Shown: positions 1 through 8,698 of the stretch, piece by piece
Layout: every line of letters starts with the position of its first letter
How positions within the stretch are numbered: position 1 is the first letter of the stretch
Sequence record: PV805630.1
Strand: one strand, 5' to 3'
Length of the DNA stretch: 64,000 nt
Source of the DNA: a phage
Notes under the pieces: generated by a model
What the model saw: the letters and a program-made list of their open reading frames with translations, nothing else
Database searches by the model: none
Told to the model about the DNA's origin: nothing
Made by a program: the position numbers and the translations under genes

Positions 1-1
1 T

Positions 2-646
2 AACCGTTACGTATGGGTACTGCCTGACAACTTCCATGCTGTCATTAAGGTCATGGTTCCAGAAGTACAGACCGTTAACTTCTTAGGTAAGCCATTCGAC
101 ATCACCCGTATGGTACAGGGTACTGAAGATAAGACTCGTATGCTCTCTGCTAACATCACTCACTCTATTGATGGGATGGTGGTACGTGAAATGCTGCGTC
201 GTTGTAACTTCAACATGAACCAGGTGAACTATGTTAAGTCCCTCTGTGAAGGAACCAGTGAGTATATGCTGGGTACTAGCGGGAACTACGACATGGTTAG
301 TCAACTGTGGCATAACTATGAGAAATCAGGATTCCTGTCTACCCGTATCTTTGATTATCTGGATTCTGACTCAATTAAACTGGTTGATACAGATGTAATC
401 ATGGCTATGATTAATACTATGCCTAAGAAACCATTCCCTGTAATGACTGTACATGACTGCTTCCGTTGTCATCCTAACTACGGTAATGATCTGCGTCGTC
501 AGTACAATCAGATTCTGTCTGACATTGCTAAGAGTGATCTACTGGGCTTCATCCTGTCTCAGGTACTGGGACAAGAGTTCTCTGCTGGTAAGCTGGATGA
601 CAGCCTCTGGCAGGACATCCTTGAAACAGACTATGCGTTAAGTTAA
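2..646 (+). CDS. Phage single-subunit RNA polymerase (N4 RNAP II large-subunit-like), C-terminal part; 5' end lies outside the window
   Basis: Open frame from the window edge. Translation has a T7-RNAP-like motif C (TVHDCF vs T7 HDSFGT) and a C-terminal tail ILETDYALS resembling the T7 RNAP C-terminus. Sits directly upstream of the N4 gp17-like gene. Confidence 0.6.
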   Translation, partial: NRYVWVLPDNFHAVIKVMVPEVQTVNFLGKPFDITRMVQGTEDKTRMLSANITHSIDGMVVREMLRRCNFNMNQVNYVKSLCEGTSEYMLGTSGNYDMVSQLWHNYEKSGFLSTRIFDYLDSDSIKLVDTDVIMAMINTMPKKPFPVMTVHDCFRCHPNYGNDLRRQYNQILSDIAKSDLLGFILSQVLGQEFSAGKLDDSLWQDILETDYALS

Positions 647-654
647 TAAACTGG

Positions 655-688
655 CCTCATACCTTCGGGTATGGGGCTTTTATTTTTT
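655..688 (+). terminator. Rho-independent terminator after the RNAP II gene
   Basis: Hairpin cctcatacc-ttcg-ggtatgggg followed by cttttatttttt. Confidence 0.6.
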
Positions 689-705
689 GCTTGGAGGTAG
701 TCAAC

Positions 706-888
706 ATGACAGACATCTATGATGTTATTACTAAAACTGTACTGATAGTTTTATCTGCTATTGTGGTACTCACTATAGCCAACGTTCATAAATCCAAGTT
801 TTCCTATTGCTACTATGGAGCATATTCTGCCGGATGTTTTGTATTAGCCGGTTGGATAGCTTACTGGATTTACCGCATCAACAACTAG
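706..888 (+). CDS. Small hydrophobic membrane protein
   Basis: Track ORF starts at TTG 691; first in-frame ATG at 706 follows GGAGG at 693-697. 60 aa, two hydrophobic segments; flanked by terminators. Confidence 0.35.
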   Translation: MTDIYDVITKTVLIVLSAIVVLTIANVHKSKFSYCYYGAYSAGCFVLAGWIAYWIYRINN

Positions 889-916
889 CCACCCTCATGG
901 GTGGCTTTCTTTTTTA
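887..916 (+). terminator. Rho-independent terminator
   Basis: Hairpin agccaccc-tcat-gggtggct followed by ttcttttttat. Confidence 0.6.
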
Positions 917-962
917 TCAGCCTTCATAATAATTAGGCATATTTACTCAAGAGGATACATGT

Positions 963-1784
963 ATGCCAACCTTAAAGATTGCGTTTAATAAAACAACCAA
1001 CGTTGCTATCGTGCTTGATTCAGATGGTAGTGTTCCAGATGGTTTTGCGGAAGTAGGTACTTTTGTACATCCTGATGCCACTTACCCTGATAGCTTAGTT
1101 ATCTATCACGGTGTACGTGACCTGTTGTATAAACGTTCTGCTGAAGACCCTGCTGAAGAAGGTTTCTGGCCTAACAACATCGTGGATATGCAGTCGATCA
1201 CTATTACCCCACAACTGGCTATTGCTACCGAACTGCCTAATGAAGTCTCTGCCATCGAAGGTGAAGATATTAACTGGCATATTGATGTAGCAGGTGGTAA
1301 AGCACCTTTTACCTATAAGTGGCAATACAAAGCAGATACTGATGATGCAGTATTCACTGATATTGATTCTGATGACAACGAATCTGCTGCTACTGCAACA
1401 TTGACCATTAGTGGCGTAACCGCTGCTTCTGCTGGTACTTATAAAGTGATTGTTACTGATGCTAATGGAACCACGGTGGAAGATACCTCACTGCTGACTG
1501 TAAGCTACCCCGAAGCAAGTTCACTGGTAGCTACCCCTGATTCACTGGAACTATCTGTTGCTGACGATGCCACTGATGGCAAGACTGTAACCATTACTGC
1601 TATGCCTGTTGGAGCGTCTGTTGGTACTTTATCTATCAAGACTGCTCCGGATTCTGCCCGTGCTACAGCTACCATTTCTGATAACGTACTGACAGTTAAA
1701 CCTGTGGCAGAAGGTGAAGCTACTTCTGTAGTAGTTACCAACGGTACTGTCGATGTAACCATCGCTATTACTGTTGCAGAGTAA
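963..1784 (+). CDS. Ig-like domain protein, putative capsid decoration protein (N4 gp17-like position)
   Basis: ATG with AAGAGGA RBS. Translation has an Ig/I-set-like signature (YKWQYK ... AGTYKVIVTD) and a Big_2-like C-terminal repeat. Position right after RNAP II matches the N4 decoration gene. Confidence 0.45.
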   Translation: MPTLKIAFNKTTNVAIVLDSDGSVPDGFAEVGTFVHPDATYPDSLVIYHGVRDLLYKRSAEDPAEEGFWPNNIVDMQSITITPQLAIATELPNEVSAIEGEDINWHIDVAGGKAPFTYKWQYKADTDDAVFTDIDSDDNESAATATLTISGVTAASAGTYKVIVTDANGTTVEDTSLLTVSYPEASSLVATPDSLELSVADDATDGKTVTITAMPVGASVGTLSIKTAPDSARATATISDNVLTVKPVAEGEATSVVVTNGTVDVTIAITVAE

Positions 1785-1834
1785 GAGTATCCCTTATTTG
1801 GGGTTATAAACCCTGAAAGGAATCCCTCTAGTTT

Positions 1835-1864
1835 GACCTCCCTATTGAAGGGAGGTCTTTTTTG
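1835..1864 (+). terminator. Rho-independent terminator after the decoration-protein gene
   Basis: Perfect 8-bp stem gacctccc / gggaggtc with loop tattgaa, followed by ttttttg. Confidence 0.65.
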
Positions 1865-1888
1865 ACTTAAACAAACCGGAGCCAGGAA

Positions 1889-2074
1889 ATGAGATCTGAA
1901 ACAGTCTTTGCTTTGATTGTTGGCTTTGCGTTTGGGCTATTCACTATGGGTGTGTTAATGACTCATATTGGCCCAAACTCTAAGGCCAAGGTTGATGCTC
2001 GCAAGGCCGAATGTGAATTGAATATCCCTCGCAATCAAAACTGTGTAATGCAGTTCATACCGGAGAAGAAATGA
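1889..2074 (+). CDS. Hypothetical small membrane protein
   Basis: 61-aa ORF with N-terminal hydrophobic helix; GGAG 8 nt upstream of the ATG. Confidence 0.3.
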   Translation: MRSETVFALIVGFAFGLFTMGVLMTHIGPNSKAKVDARKAECELNIPRNQNCVMQFIPEKK

Positions 2075-2280
2075 GAGTAACAAATCGTTCTGAAAACACT
2101 GAAGTAACTTTCGGTGATGTGCAACCTGCTAACGGTTTTATTTATAACCAGTCTGTGTGTTTAAAGATTTACTTACCTGATGGTAAACCTGCTGCTGTTG
2201 CTGTAGAGACAGGAAAATCATTCTGTCTATCAGCAAGTACTTTTGTAACACCAATAAACCTGGAAGCATATTACCTATGA
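2071..2280 (+). CDS. Hypothetical protein
   Basis: 69-aa ORF, ATGA overlap with the upstream gene (translational coupling). Confidence 0.3.
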   Translation: MRVTNRSENTEVTFGDVQPANGFIYNQSVCLKIYLPDGKPAAVAVETGKSFCLSASTFVTPINLEAYYL

Positions 2281-2462
2281 AACTTACCCAGTCCCAAGCA
2301 ATCTTCCTTCGCATGGTTCAAGGTGGTTCTGCCACCAGCAACCGTAATAACAAAACCGCACAGTCTCTTAAGAAGCTGGGCTTAGTACAGTTCAATGCTG
2401 GTCTTGGGTGGTCATTAACCCCTACCGGCGTACTTCAACTCAACGGGTTAAAAGGTAACTAA
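2277..2462 (+). CDS. Hypothetical protein
   Basis: 61-aa ORF, ATGA overlap with the upstream gene. Confidence 0.3.
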   Translation: MKLTQSQAIFLRMVQGGSATSNRNNKTAQSLKKLGLVQFNAGLGWSLTPTGVLQLNGLKGN

Positions 2463-2789
2463 ATGAAAACTTTAATTGCTGTTGTTCTAGTAGCTTTATC
2501 AGTTCTTTCCTTCGGTGCTCAAGCATCTAGTCGTGCAACCTTGTTGGAATCTGCTGCTGATTACAAAGCTAATAATGCAAACTTTGTGAACCAGGGTTAC
2601 TTCATGGGCATGGTTACTATGGGTGTGGAAGCAGGAAAGAATTGTGTACCTGACGGTATAAAATTAGGGCACATTTTTGACAGAGTGGCCTCTATTATTC
2701 TGTATGACCGAAAGGTTAATGCAGTAAAAGTACCATCAGACATGATTCTGTTAGCGATTGATACAGCGTATCCCTGCGTTAAATCTTAA
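2463..2789 (+). CDS. Secreted/periplasmic hypothetical protein
   Basis: N-terminal signal-peptide-like segment MKTLIAVVLVALSVLSFGAQASS; 108 aa. Confidence 0.35.
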   Translation: MKTLIAVVLVALSVLSFGAQASSRATLLESAADYKANNANFVNQGYFMGMVTMGVEAGKNCVPDGIKLGHIFDRVASIILYDRKVNAVKVPSDMILLAIDTAYPCVKS

Positions 2790-2823
2790 TTAGTAATTCC
2801 ATTAACTTTAGGAGAGTAAGTAA

Positions 2824-3876
2824 ATGGCGAGCATTGACTCCTTGACTGTATGTAATACACGCCAAGCCCGTAACTTTATCATCCGTGCCCTGCAAGCAGG
2901 TAACGTACCGTTCCTGACTTCATCACCGGGCATGGGTAAATCTGCAATTATCCGCTCTGTTGCAGAAGAATTTGGCATGAAGCTGATTGACCATCGTCTG
3001 TCTACTTCTGCCCCGGAAGACTTGTCTGGTCTACCATTCCGTAATGGTGACCGTGCAGAGTTTATTCCATTTGCTGACTTGTTCCCTATCGAGGGAGACG
3101 AAGTACCGGAAGGATATAATGGCTGGCTCCTGTTCCTTGATGAGTTCAACTCAGCTAAGAAAGAAGTAGTAGCTGCTGCATACAAACTGATTCTCGACCG
3201 TATGACTGGACAGAAAAAACTTCACCCTAATGTGATGATTATCTGTGCCGGTAACAAAGCTACTGACCGTGCTATCGTTAACCCACTGGGTACTGCAATG
3301 CAGTCTCGTGTTGTCCACTTCGAAATGGAACTTAACTTCGACATCTTTGTTGAAGACGTAATGATTCCACAAGAATGGGATGAGCGTCTGGTTGCATTCT
3401 TACATGCTAACCCTGGTTATCTGCATGACTTCGACCCTGCCCATAAGAACAAAACATTCTGTTGCCCTCGTACCTGGGACTTTGTTAACAAAGACCTCAA
3501 GAACCGACCAGAAGGTGCTCTGCCTGATGAAGATTCTATCTACTATGCAGGCCACGTTACTGCCGGTAAAGCTACAGAGTTTGTTCAGTTCACCCAGGTA
3601 TACAATCGTATGATTACGATTGAGAAGGTAGTCAAAGACCCTTTGGGCTGTGCACTACCGGAAGATAATAACCTGTGTTGGGCTACCGTTAACCATCTGG
3701 CTAACAAGACTACAGAAGAGAACTTCGTTGATGTACTTAAGTACATTGAGCGATTCAAAACGTTCACTCATAAGATTCTGTACTTCCGTACAGCAGGTAA
3801 AGCATTACCAGAAATTCAGGCTACCCCTGAATGGCGTAAGGCTGCTGCCAATATTTCTCGTTACATTCACGGATAA
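2824..3876 (+). CDS. MoxR-like AAA+ ATPase
   Basis: Walker A SSPGMGKSAI and Walker B LLFLDEFNSA, followed by a MoxR-like helper region; AGGAGAG RBS. Confidence 0.6.
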   Translation: MASIDSLTVCNTRQARNFIIRALQAGNVPFLTSSPGMGKSAIIRSVAEEFGMKLIDHRLSTSAPEDLSGLPFRNGDRAEFIPFADLFPIEGDEVPEGYNGWLLFLDEFNSAKKEVVAAAYKLILDRMTGQKKLHPNVMIICAGNKATDRAIVNPLGTAMQSRVVHFEMELNFDIFVEDVMIPQEWDERLVAFLHANPGYLHDFDPAHKNKTFCCPRTWDFVNKDLKNRPEGALPDEDSIYYAGHVTAGKATEFVQFTQVYNRMITIEKVVKDPLGCALPEDNNLCWATVNHLANKTTEENFVDVLKYIERFKTFTHKILYFRTAGKALPEIQATPEWRKAAANISRYIHG

Positions 3877-3883
3877 TCACAAC

Positions 3884-5059
3884 ATGAACCAGATACCTCA
3901 GCACACACTTAGTGATGAACAACTCATGCGCGAGTATGACCGTATTCAGGCCCAAGCCTTTCTAGGCAAGTCTGCTGCGTTTTTTGGTTCATTGCTGTGT
4001 AGTCTTAAGTTCTCATGGAAACGTGAGGACTGTCCTACTGCATGTACTGACGGGATAGAACTTCATTTCAACCCAGACTTCTTTATATGGATGTGCCCAG
4101 ATGCAAGAGAAACAGTGCTAATGCACGAACTCTGGCATGTGGCATATCTGCATGGAATCCGTTGTGGAAGCCGTGACCCAGAAGTCTGGAACCAGGCATG
4201 TGACCACTTCATTAACCTTCAGTTAGAGGAAGATGGTTACAAGTTCACCGGTATCGACGAAGGCATTTGCAAAGACCCTCAATATAAAGGATGGGTCGAA
4301 GAAGACATCTACGATGATCTGATGAAGAACCCTCAGAAAAGGCAGAAGCCGTCAGGGGGTATCGGAGCAGGTCTTGCTGGCGACATGAAAGCTCCCTCTT
4401 CGGGGCAGTCCCAGGGTGCTGTTGTCAACAACGTTGTACGTGCAATGCAAAGCCAGAAGATGGCTGGTGGAACAATGCCCGGTAAAGGTGCTGGTCGTAT
4501 GGAAGAGGTTATTACCCAATTCCTTAAACCAGTGGTTCCATGGCAGGAAGTCCTGCTGAACTTCTTTACCGACATCGATGACACACACTATACGTGGGCC
4601 AGACCTAACCGTCGTTTCACTGACGTCTATCTACCTTCTATGGAAGATGATGAAGGACGCTTACGACACTTAGCCTACTTTGAGGATGTATCTGGTTCCA
4701 TTAGTAGTGCTGACTCTCTGCGTTTTAACTCAGAGGTTGCCTACGTTAAGAGCCAGTTCAATCCTAAGAAGATGACCCTAATTACCTTCGACGATATTAT
4801 CCAAGAAGAAATAGACATCACTGAAGAAGATACTTTTGAAGAGATTAAGATTACTGGACGAGGGGGTACAAACCTTGAACCAGTGCGCGAATGGATTATT
4901 AAGAATAAGCCAACCGCTGCAATCATATTCTCTGATATGTATGTTCGTCCTATGGAAGAATTACCATTTGATATCCCTATCATCTGGTGCGTTCTGAATA
5001 ATCCCAATGCTACCGTACCTTTTGGGGAGGTAGTTCATATCCCTAAAGGAATGAAATAA
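3884..5059 (+). CDS. VWA-like / HExxH metallopeptidase-like partner of the MoxR ATPase (DUF2201-like)
   Basis: Track ORF starts at 3650 inside the upstream gene; in-frame ATG at 3884 lies just after the ATPase stop. Translation contains HExxH (MHELWHVAYLHG) and a C-terminal VWA-like region. Confidence 0.5.
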   Translation: MNQIPQHTLSDEQLMREYDRIQAQAFLGKSAAFFGSLLCSLKFSWKREDCPTACTDGIELHFNPDFFIWMCPDARETVLMHELWHVAYLHGIRCGSRDPEVWNQACDHFINLQLEEDGYKFTGIDEGICKDPQYKGWVEEDIYDDLMKNPQKRQKPSGGIGAGLAGDMKAPSSGQSQGAVVNNVVRAMQSQKMAGGTMPGKGAGRMEEVITQFLKPVVPWQEVLLNFFTDIDDTHYTWARPNRRFTDVYLPSMEDDEGRLRHLAYFEDVSGSISSADSLRFNSEVAYVKSQFNPKKMTLITFDDIIQEEIDITEEDTFEEIKITGRGGTNLEPVREWIIKNKPTAAIIFSDMYVRPMEELPFDIPIIWCVLNNPNATVPFGEVVHIPKGMK

Positions 5060-5565
5060 TGATTGTTAATGGTAATTCTCTATACCGTTCATCTCAATTG
5101 CTGGATGTCCCAGACCGTAAGGTATCCGAGCATGGTGTAAGCTATGGATTAGGTGAAGCTGGTTACGATATTCGTATCAAACAAGACATTACCTTCTATC
5201 GCTTATTTGGGTTGATTCCAATGGTGAAAATCGTTGATGGAAAGCAAGTATCACGCCATCTCGGTAAATTCGCATTGGCTTCCGCAATTGAGAAATTCAA
5301 CATGTCACCCTCCTGTGTAGCTATCGTTCACGATAAGTCCACATGGGCAAGACGTGCATTATCTGTGTTCAATACCGTAATAGAACCAGGATGGAAAGGG
5401 TATCTTACTCTCGAACTGGTCTATCATGGTCGTAAGAAACTGCATATCCCGGCTGGTGCTGGGATAGCTCAAGTATTATTTCATCTGGTTCAAGAACCTG
5501 CCACATATACGGGCAAGTACAATAACCAGGAAAACAAACCAGTAGCTGCAAGAAGCAGTAAATAA
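5059..5565 (+). CDS. dcd: dCTP deaminase / dUTPase-superfamily protein
   Basis: 168 aa with a dUTPase-fold-like motif (GVSYGLGEAGYDIRI); TAATG overlap with the upstream gene. Confidence 0.45.
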   Translation: MIVNGNSLYRSSQLLDVPDRKVSEHGVSYGLGEAGYDIRIKQDITFYRLFGLIPMVKIVDGKQVSRHLGKFALASAIEKFNMSPSCVAIVHDKSTWARRALSVFNTVIEPGWKGYLTLELVYHGRKKLHIPAGAGIAQVLFHLVQEPATYTGKYNNQENKPVAARSSK

Positions 5566-5574
5566 GGAAACAAC

Positions 5575-5775
5575 ATGTCTGTATTTCAAGTAACTCCTGT
5601 TGACAGTACCCAACGTAAAACTATTGTTGCAACTAACGTAGTAGACGTAGATGAAACTCCGGCTGGTGCTGTAATCCATCTCATTGATGGGCGAACTGTA
5701 ACTGTAAAAGAAAGCTATCGTTCAGTACGTGGTTACGTCCGTAAAGCTTTGACTGCTGTCTCTGATGCAGAGTAA
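5575..5775 (+). CDS. Hypothetical protein
   Basis: 66-aa ORF with AAGGAAA RBS. Confidence 0.3.
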   Translation: MSVFQVTPVDSTQRKTIVATNVVDVDETPAGAVIHLIDGRTVTVKESYRSVRGYVRKALTAVSDAE

Positions 5776-5848
5776 GTAGCTGCCTAAATAGCCCGACATA
5801 GTTGGGCTATTTGTGAAGAAACTAACTCAACCTCACATAGGAACCATC

Positions 5849-6109
5849 ATGGAATCTTTAGCAGCAATTCTCGTTCTGTTATTTGCACTTGCTGTATACC
5901 TTATCCCTACTATTATTGCTTTTGCACGAGGCCATGCCTCTAAGTGGGGCATTGGTGTACTCAATATCGTATTAGGCTGGTCTTTAGTCTTCTGGGTAGT
6001 AGCACTGATTTGGTCACTGTCTAATAAAGGACAGTCTCAGACTACAATCGTTAACGTTGGTAGTGGTAACCAGTACAACGTGTCTCAAACGAGCCAGTCT
6101 GATAAGTAA
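5849..6109 (+). CDS. Two-helix inner-membrane protein, superinfection-immunity (Imm)-like
   Basis: Track ORF starts at GTG 5813; in-frame ATG at 5849. Two TM helices with a motif (IPTIIAFARGH ... NIVLGWSLVFWVVALIWS) resembling the T4 Imm family as recalled. Confidence 0.4.
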   Translation: MESLAAILVLLFALAVYLIPTIIAFARGHASKWGIGVLNIVLGWSLVFWVVALIWSLSNKGQSQTTIVNVGSGNQYNVSQTSQSDK

Positions 6110-6184
6110 CTAACCTAAGCATCATTGTATAGTGGTGCTTGTGGAAGTTGCTTCCAGCTCATTACTTATCCATCTCCTAATCCA

Positions 6185-6211
6185 AGCCCACCTAACCCGT
6201 GGGCTTTTTTA
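6185..6211 (+). terminator. Rho-independent terminator after the Imm-like gene
   Basis: Stem agcccac / gtgggct followed by tttttt. Confidence 0.6.
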
Positions 6212-6231
6212 ATTACAGGTAGTAAATACTA

Positions 6232-6675
6232 ATGCGTATCCCATTCCTAAGAAAAAGGGAACGGAATCCTGTTCTTTATAATAAAGGCATAGAGGATGAG
6301 TACGAACTCAACCATAAAGCCCGTTCCTACGCAGCAAAATTATTCATGGGGACTAGCAACCCTAATAGATTACTGGACTTTGTTTTCGAACAAGTCTTTA
6401 TCATATACAGTTTAGCTATGTCTGCTGGTTCACAAGAAATAAGTGATAAGGCAAGATACGCTCTCTGTATGCTCCGGAAAGAGTACGAAGCCATCCTGTA
6501 TGAAGACTTGTACTCCTTTAAGAAAGAAACCGCTGTAGCGTGTTCTGTGGCTCTTACTGAAGGTATAGCAGTATTACAAGAACTACCCCGTAGTGAATTT
6601 AAGCTGGTATATGTACAGGCCAGGAGAATTACAGAAAACCGTAGTGGTATTACCAACTATCTAAGGTCATTCTAA
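6232..6675 (+). CDS. Hypothetical protein
   Basis: 147-aa ORF following a rho-independent terminator. Confidence 0.3.
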   Translation: MRIPFLRKRERNPVLYNKGIEDEYELNHKARSYAAKLFMGTSNPNRLLDFVFEQVFIIYSLAMSAGSQEISDKARYALCMLRKEYEAILYEDLYSFKKETAVACSVALTEGIAVLQELPRSEFKLVYVQARRITENRSGITNYLRSF

Positions 6676-7619
6676 TGATTAAGGCAACTGTCATTGCAGA
6701 TTCCGTTCATCATGTAACGGGTACTCGTATTACTACCTTTGAATTGGTTTATCCTCGATTCATTCACAGTGAGTTTATGACCCACCGTGTATTCAACCGC
6801 AATGCTTCAAGTAGTCGTGCTATCCCTACTTCTAAGTTTATTGAACAGGTTCGTAATGAACCAGTAATGCCAAGTCACTGGGGCAAGAACCAGAAAGGTA
6901 TGCAGGCATTTGAAGAATTGTCTGAAGACCAGCGTAGTGACGCAACCTTTATCTGGGAACAAGCTGCGTCAAGTGCTGCTACCTATGCTGAAATGCTACG
7001 TCGTGGACAAGTACATAAGCAGATTGTTAACCGTATTCTGGAACCATTCACACATATCCGTGTAGTGGTAACTTCAACTAGCTGGGCTAACTTTTACGGA
7101 TTGCGTGACCATGAAGATGCTCAACCGGAGATTCGTGAACTGGCTCAAGCAATGCGTAAGGCTCATAATGAAAGTGTTCCATCTAAGCTGTCCCAAGGTG
7201 TGTGGCATCTGCCTTATATTCGCAAGATTGATTGTATTAACGCTTACGATCATTGCAAACATCAACGAGTTACTTGTGATAAACCAAGTGATGAAGAAGT
7301 TTTAGGCTTACTGCTTAAAGTCTCTGCTGCTCGTTGTGCTCGTGCCTCCTATAACAACTTTGAAGGCAAGCCATCTACTATTAGTGATGACCTTGCTCTC
7401 TTTGCTAAGTTGGTAGAGAAACAACCAATTCATGCATCACCTACTGAGCATCAAGCTACCCCGATGGACTTCAGTACCAAGTTTGTTAACAACCAGAACC
7501 CATTAACCTGGGAACAAGGTGTTACTTCAATGGACCGTGAAGGTAAGCTGTATTCTGGTAATCTGTTAGATTTCATCCAATTCCGTAAACTAATCCCCGG
7601 AGAAACAATTACAGAATGA
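6675..7619 (+). CDS. thyX: ThyX-like FAD-dependent thymidylate synthase
   Basis: Translation aligns by eye to ThyX signature regions: FMTHRVFNRNASSSRA (cf. FRHRIASYNELSGRY) and WANFYGLRDHEDAQPEIRELAQAM (cf. [24 protein letters not shown]). Confidence 0.55.
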   Translation: MIKATVIADSVHHVTGTRITTFELVYPRFIHSEFMTHRVFNRNASSSRAIPTSKFIEQVRNEPVMPSHWGKNQKGMQAFEELSEDQRSDATFIWEQAASSAATYAEMLRRGQVHKQIVNRILEPFTHIRVVVTSTSWANFYGLRDHEDAQPEIRELAQAMRKAHNESVPSKLSQGVWHLPYIRKIDCINAYDHCKHQRVTCDKPSDEEVLGLLLKVSAARCARASYNNFEGKPSTISDDLALFAKLVEKQPIHASPTEHQATPMDFSTKFVNNQNPLTWEQGVTSMDREGKLYSGNLLDFIQFRKLIPGETITE

Positions 7620-7852
7620 AACGTTTAGCTATCCAAGCAATATTTGTAAGTATCATCCTGGTTCTGGAATTTGTATTTGCACTACATGGTGCACAGAGCC
7701 TGGAAGAGATGTTCTTCGTAGTAGCCCGTTTCTCTGCATGTGTTCTTGGCTTATGGTGTGTGTATTACTATGCACGCGACTATGTAGCCATCAAGGAACA
7801 CGATGATGCTAAGGAACGTCTACGACAATTCGTAGAAGAGAATCGTAAGTAA
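7616..7852 (+). CDS. Small membrane protein
   Basis: 78 aa, ATGA overlap with thyX, N-terminal hydrophobic helices; followed by a terminator. Confidence 0.3.
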   Translation: MKRLAIQAIFVSIILVLEFVFALHGAQSLEEMFFVVARFSACVLGLWCVYYYARDYVAIKEHDDAKERLRQFVEENRK

Positions 7853-7854
7853 AC

Positions 7855-7881
7855 CTAAGACCTCCTACGGGAGGTCTTTTT
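7855..7881 (+). terminator. Rho-independent terminator
   Basis: Stem agacctcc / ggaggtct with loop tacg, followed by ttttttt. Confidence 0.65.
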
Positions 7882-7911
7882 TTGGCTTCAATTACTGTCC
7901 CAGGAGGACTT

Positions 7912-8136
7912 ATGGCAAGTTGGTATGCAACTATGTTGGAGAAAGATTCTAATGGACTATACAGGGAATCCGTCGGTAGTTTTAAAAACATCTGTATAGA
8001 TGGGCGTTTATGCTTGATTAACGCAGTAGATATTACAGAAGAAACCCTGTCTAAAGAACCAGATTATGCAGGGTTTAAGCTGGAAAAACTTAATAGAGCC
8101 TGGGATTACAGAAATCCTTTTATTTATAAAAAATAA
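7912..8136 (+). CDS. Hypothetical protein
   Basis: Track ORF starts at TTG 7882; in-frame ATG at 7912 follows AGGAGG. Confidence 0.3.
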   Translation: MASWYATMLEKDSNGLYRESVGSFKNICIDGRLCLINAVDITEETLSKEPDYAGFKLEKLNRAWDYRNPFIYKK

Positions 8137-8145
8137 GGAAACAAT

Positions 8146-8358
8146 ATGCCTGCTAAATACCGTATCAAAGACACCCCACTAATGTGTGAGGGTGAGAAGG
8201 GTGACATTGTATATGCCTGTATCCAGGATGATTTCAATGCTGCTCTGATGTTAACCCAAATGACAAATACACTGCATGTATCAGTAACACTGGACCCTAC
8301 CGGCGACTACCCATACTTCCCTATTCCTGCTCATAACCTGGAGCAAATCCGTGATTAA
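8146..8358 (+). CDS. Hypothetical protein
   Basis: 70-aa ORF with AAGGAAA RBS. Confidence 0.3.
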   Translation: MPAKYRIKDTPLMCEGEKGDIVYACIQDDFNAALMLTQMTNTLHVSVTLDPTGDYPYFPIPAHNLEQIRD

Positions 8359-8659
8359 TCCTGAAGTTATTCATAGTAAAACCGGTAGGGCTGTACCACT
8401 TAGTGATATTGCAGTTACCGGTGATATTGCTGCTTGCCCAGCTAATATCGCCTCCCTATGCATGTGCATTGCTGCACTAGCAGAGGAACGTAAATTATGG
8501 CTGGAACCAAGCAAAGAAATGGTACTGGCTGGTATGTCTGAACTGAATGCACTTCTGAAAGAAATGTATGACGAGGATGGACAATTAGTTGAGCCAACCG
8601 ATGACCAAATTTCTGATGCTGTAGTATTCGTACTTCAGGCAATGGCTTCAAAACGCTAA
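8351..8659 (+). CDS. Hypothetical protein (GTG start, uncertain)
   Basis: GTG start overlapping the upstream stop; first in-frame ATG is far downstream at 8462, so the start is unresolved. Confidence 0.25.
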   Translation: MINPEVIHSKTGRAVPLSDIAVTGDIAACPANIASLCMCIAALAEERKLWLEPSKEMVLAGMSELNALLKEMYDEDGQLVEPTDDQISDAVVFVLQAMASKR

Positions 8660-8698
8660 TTAATTCAATAAGCAACATTTAAACTGGAGAGTAAATAA

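Noticed and set aside
3650-3883. Upstream extension of the VWA-partner ORF (track start 3650)
   Set aside because: It overlaps the 3' end of the AAA ATPase gene in another frame; the in-frame ATG at 3884 just after the ATPase stop is the more parsimonious start.
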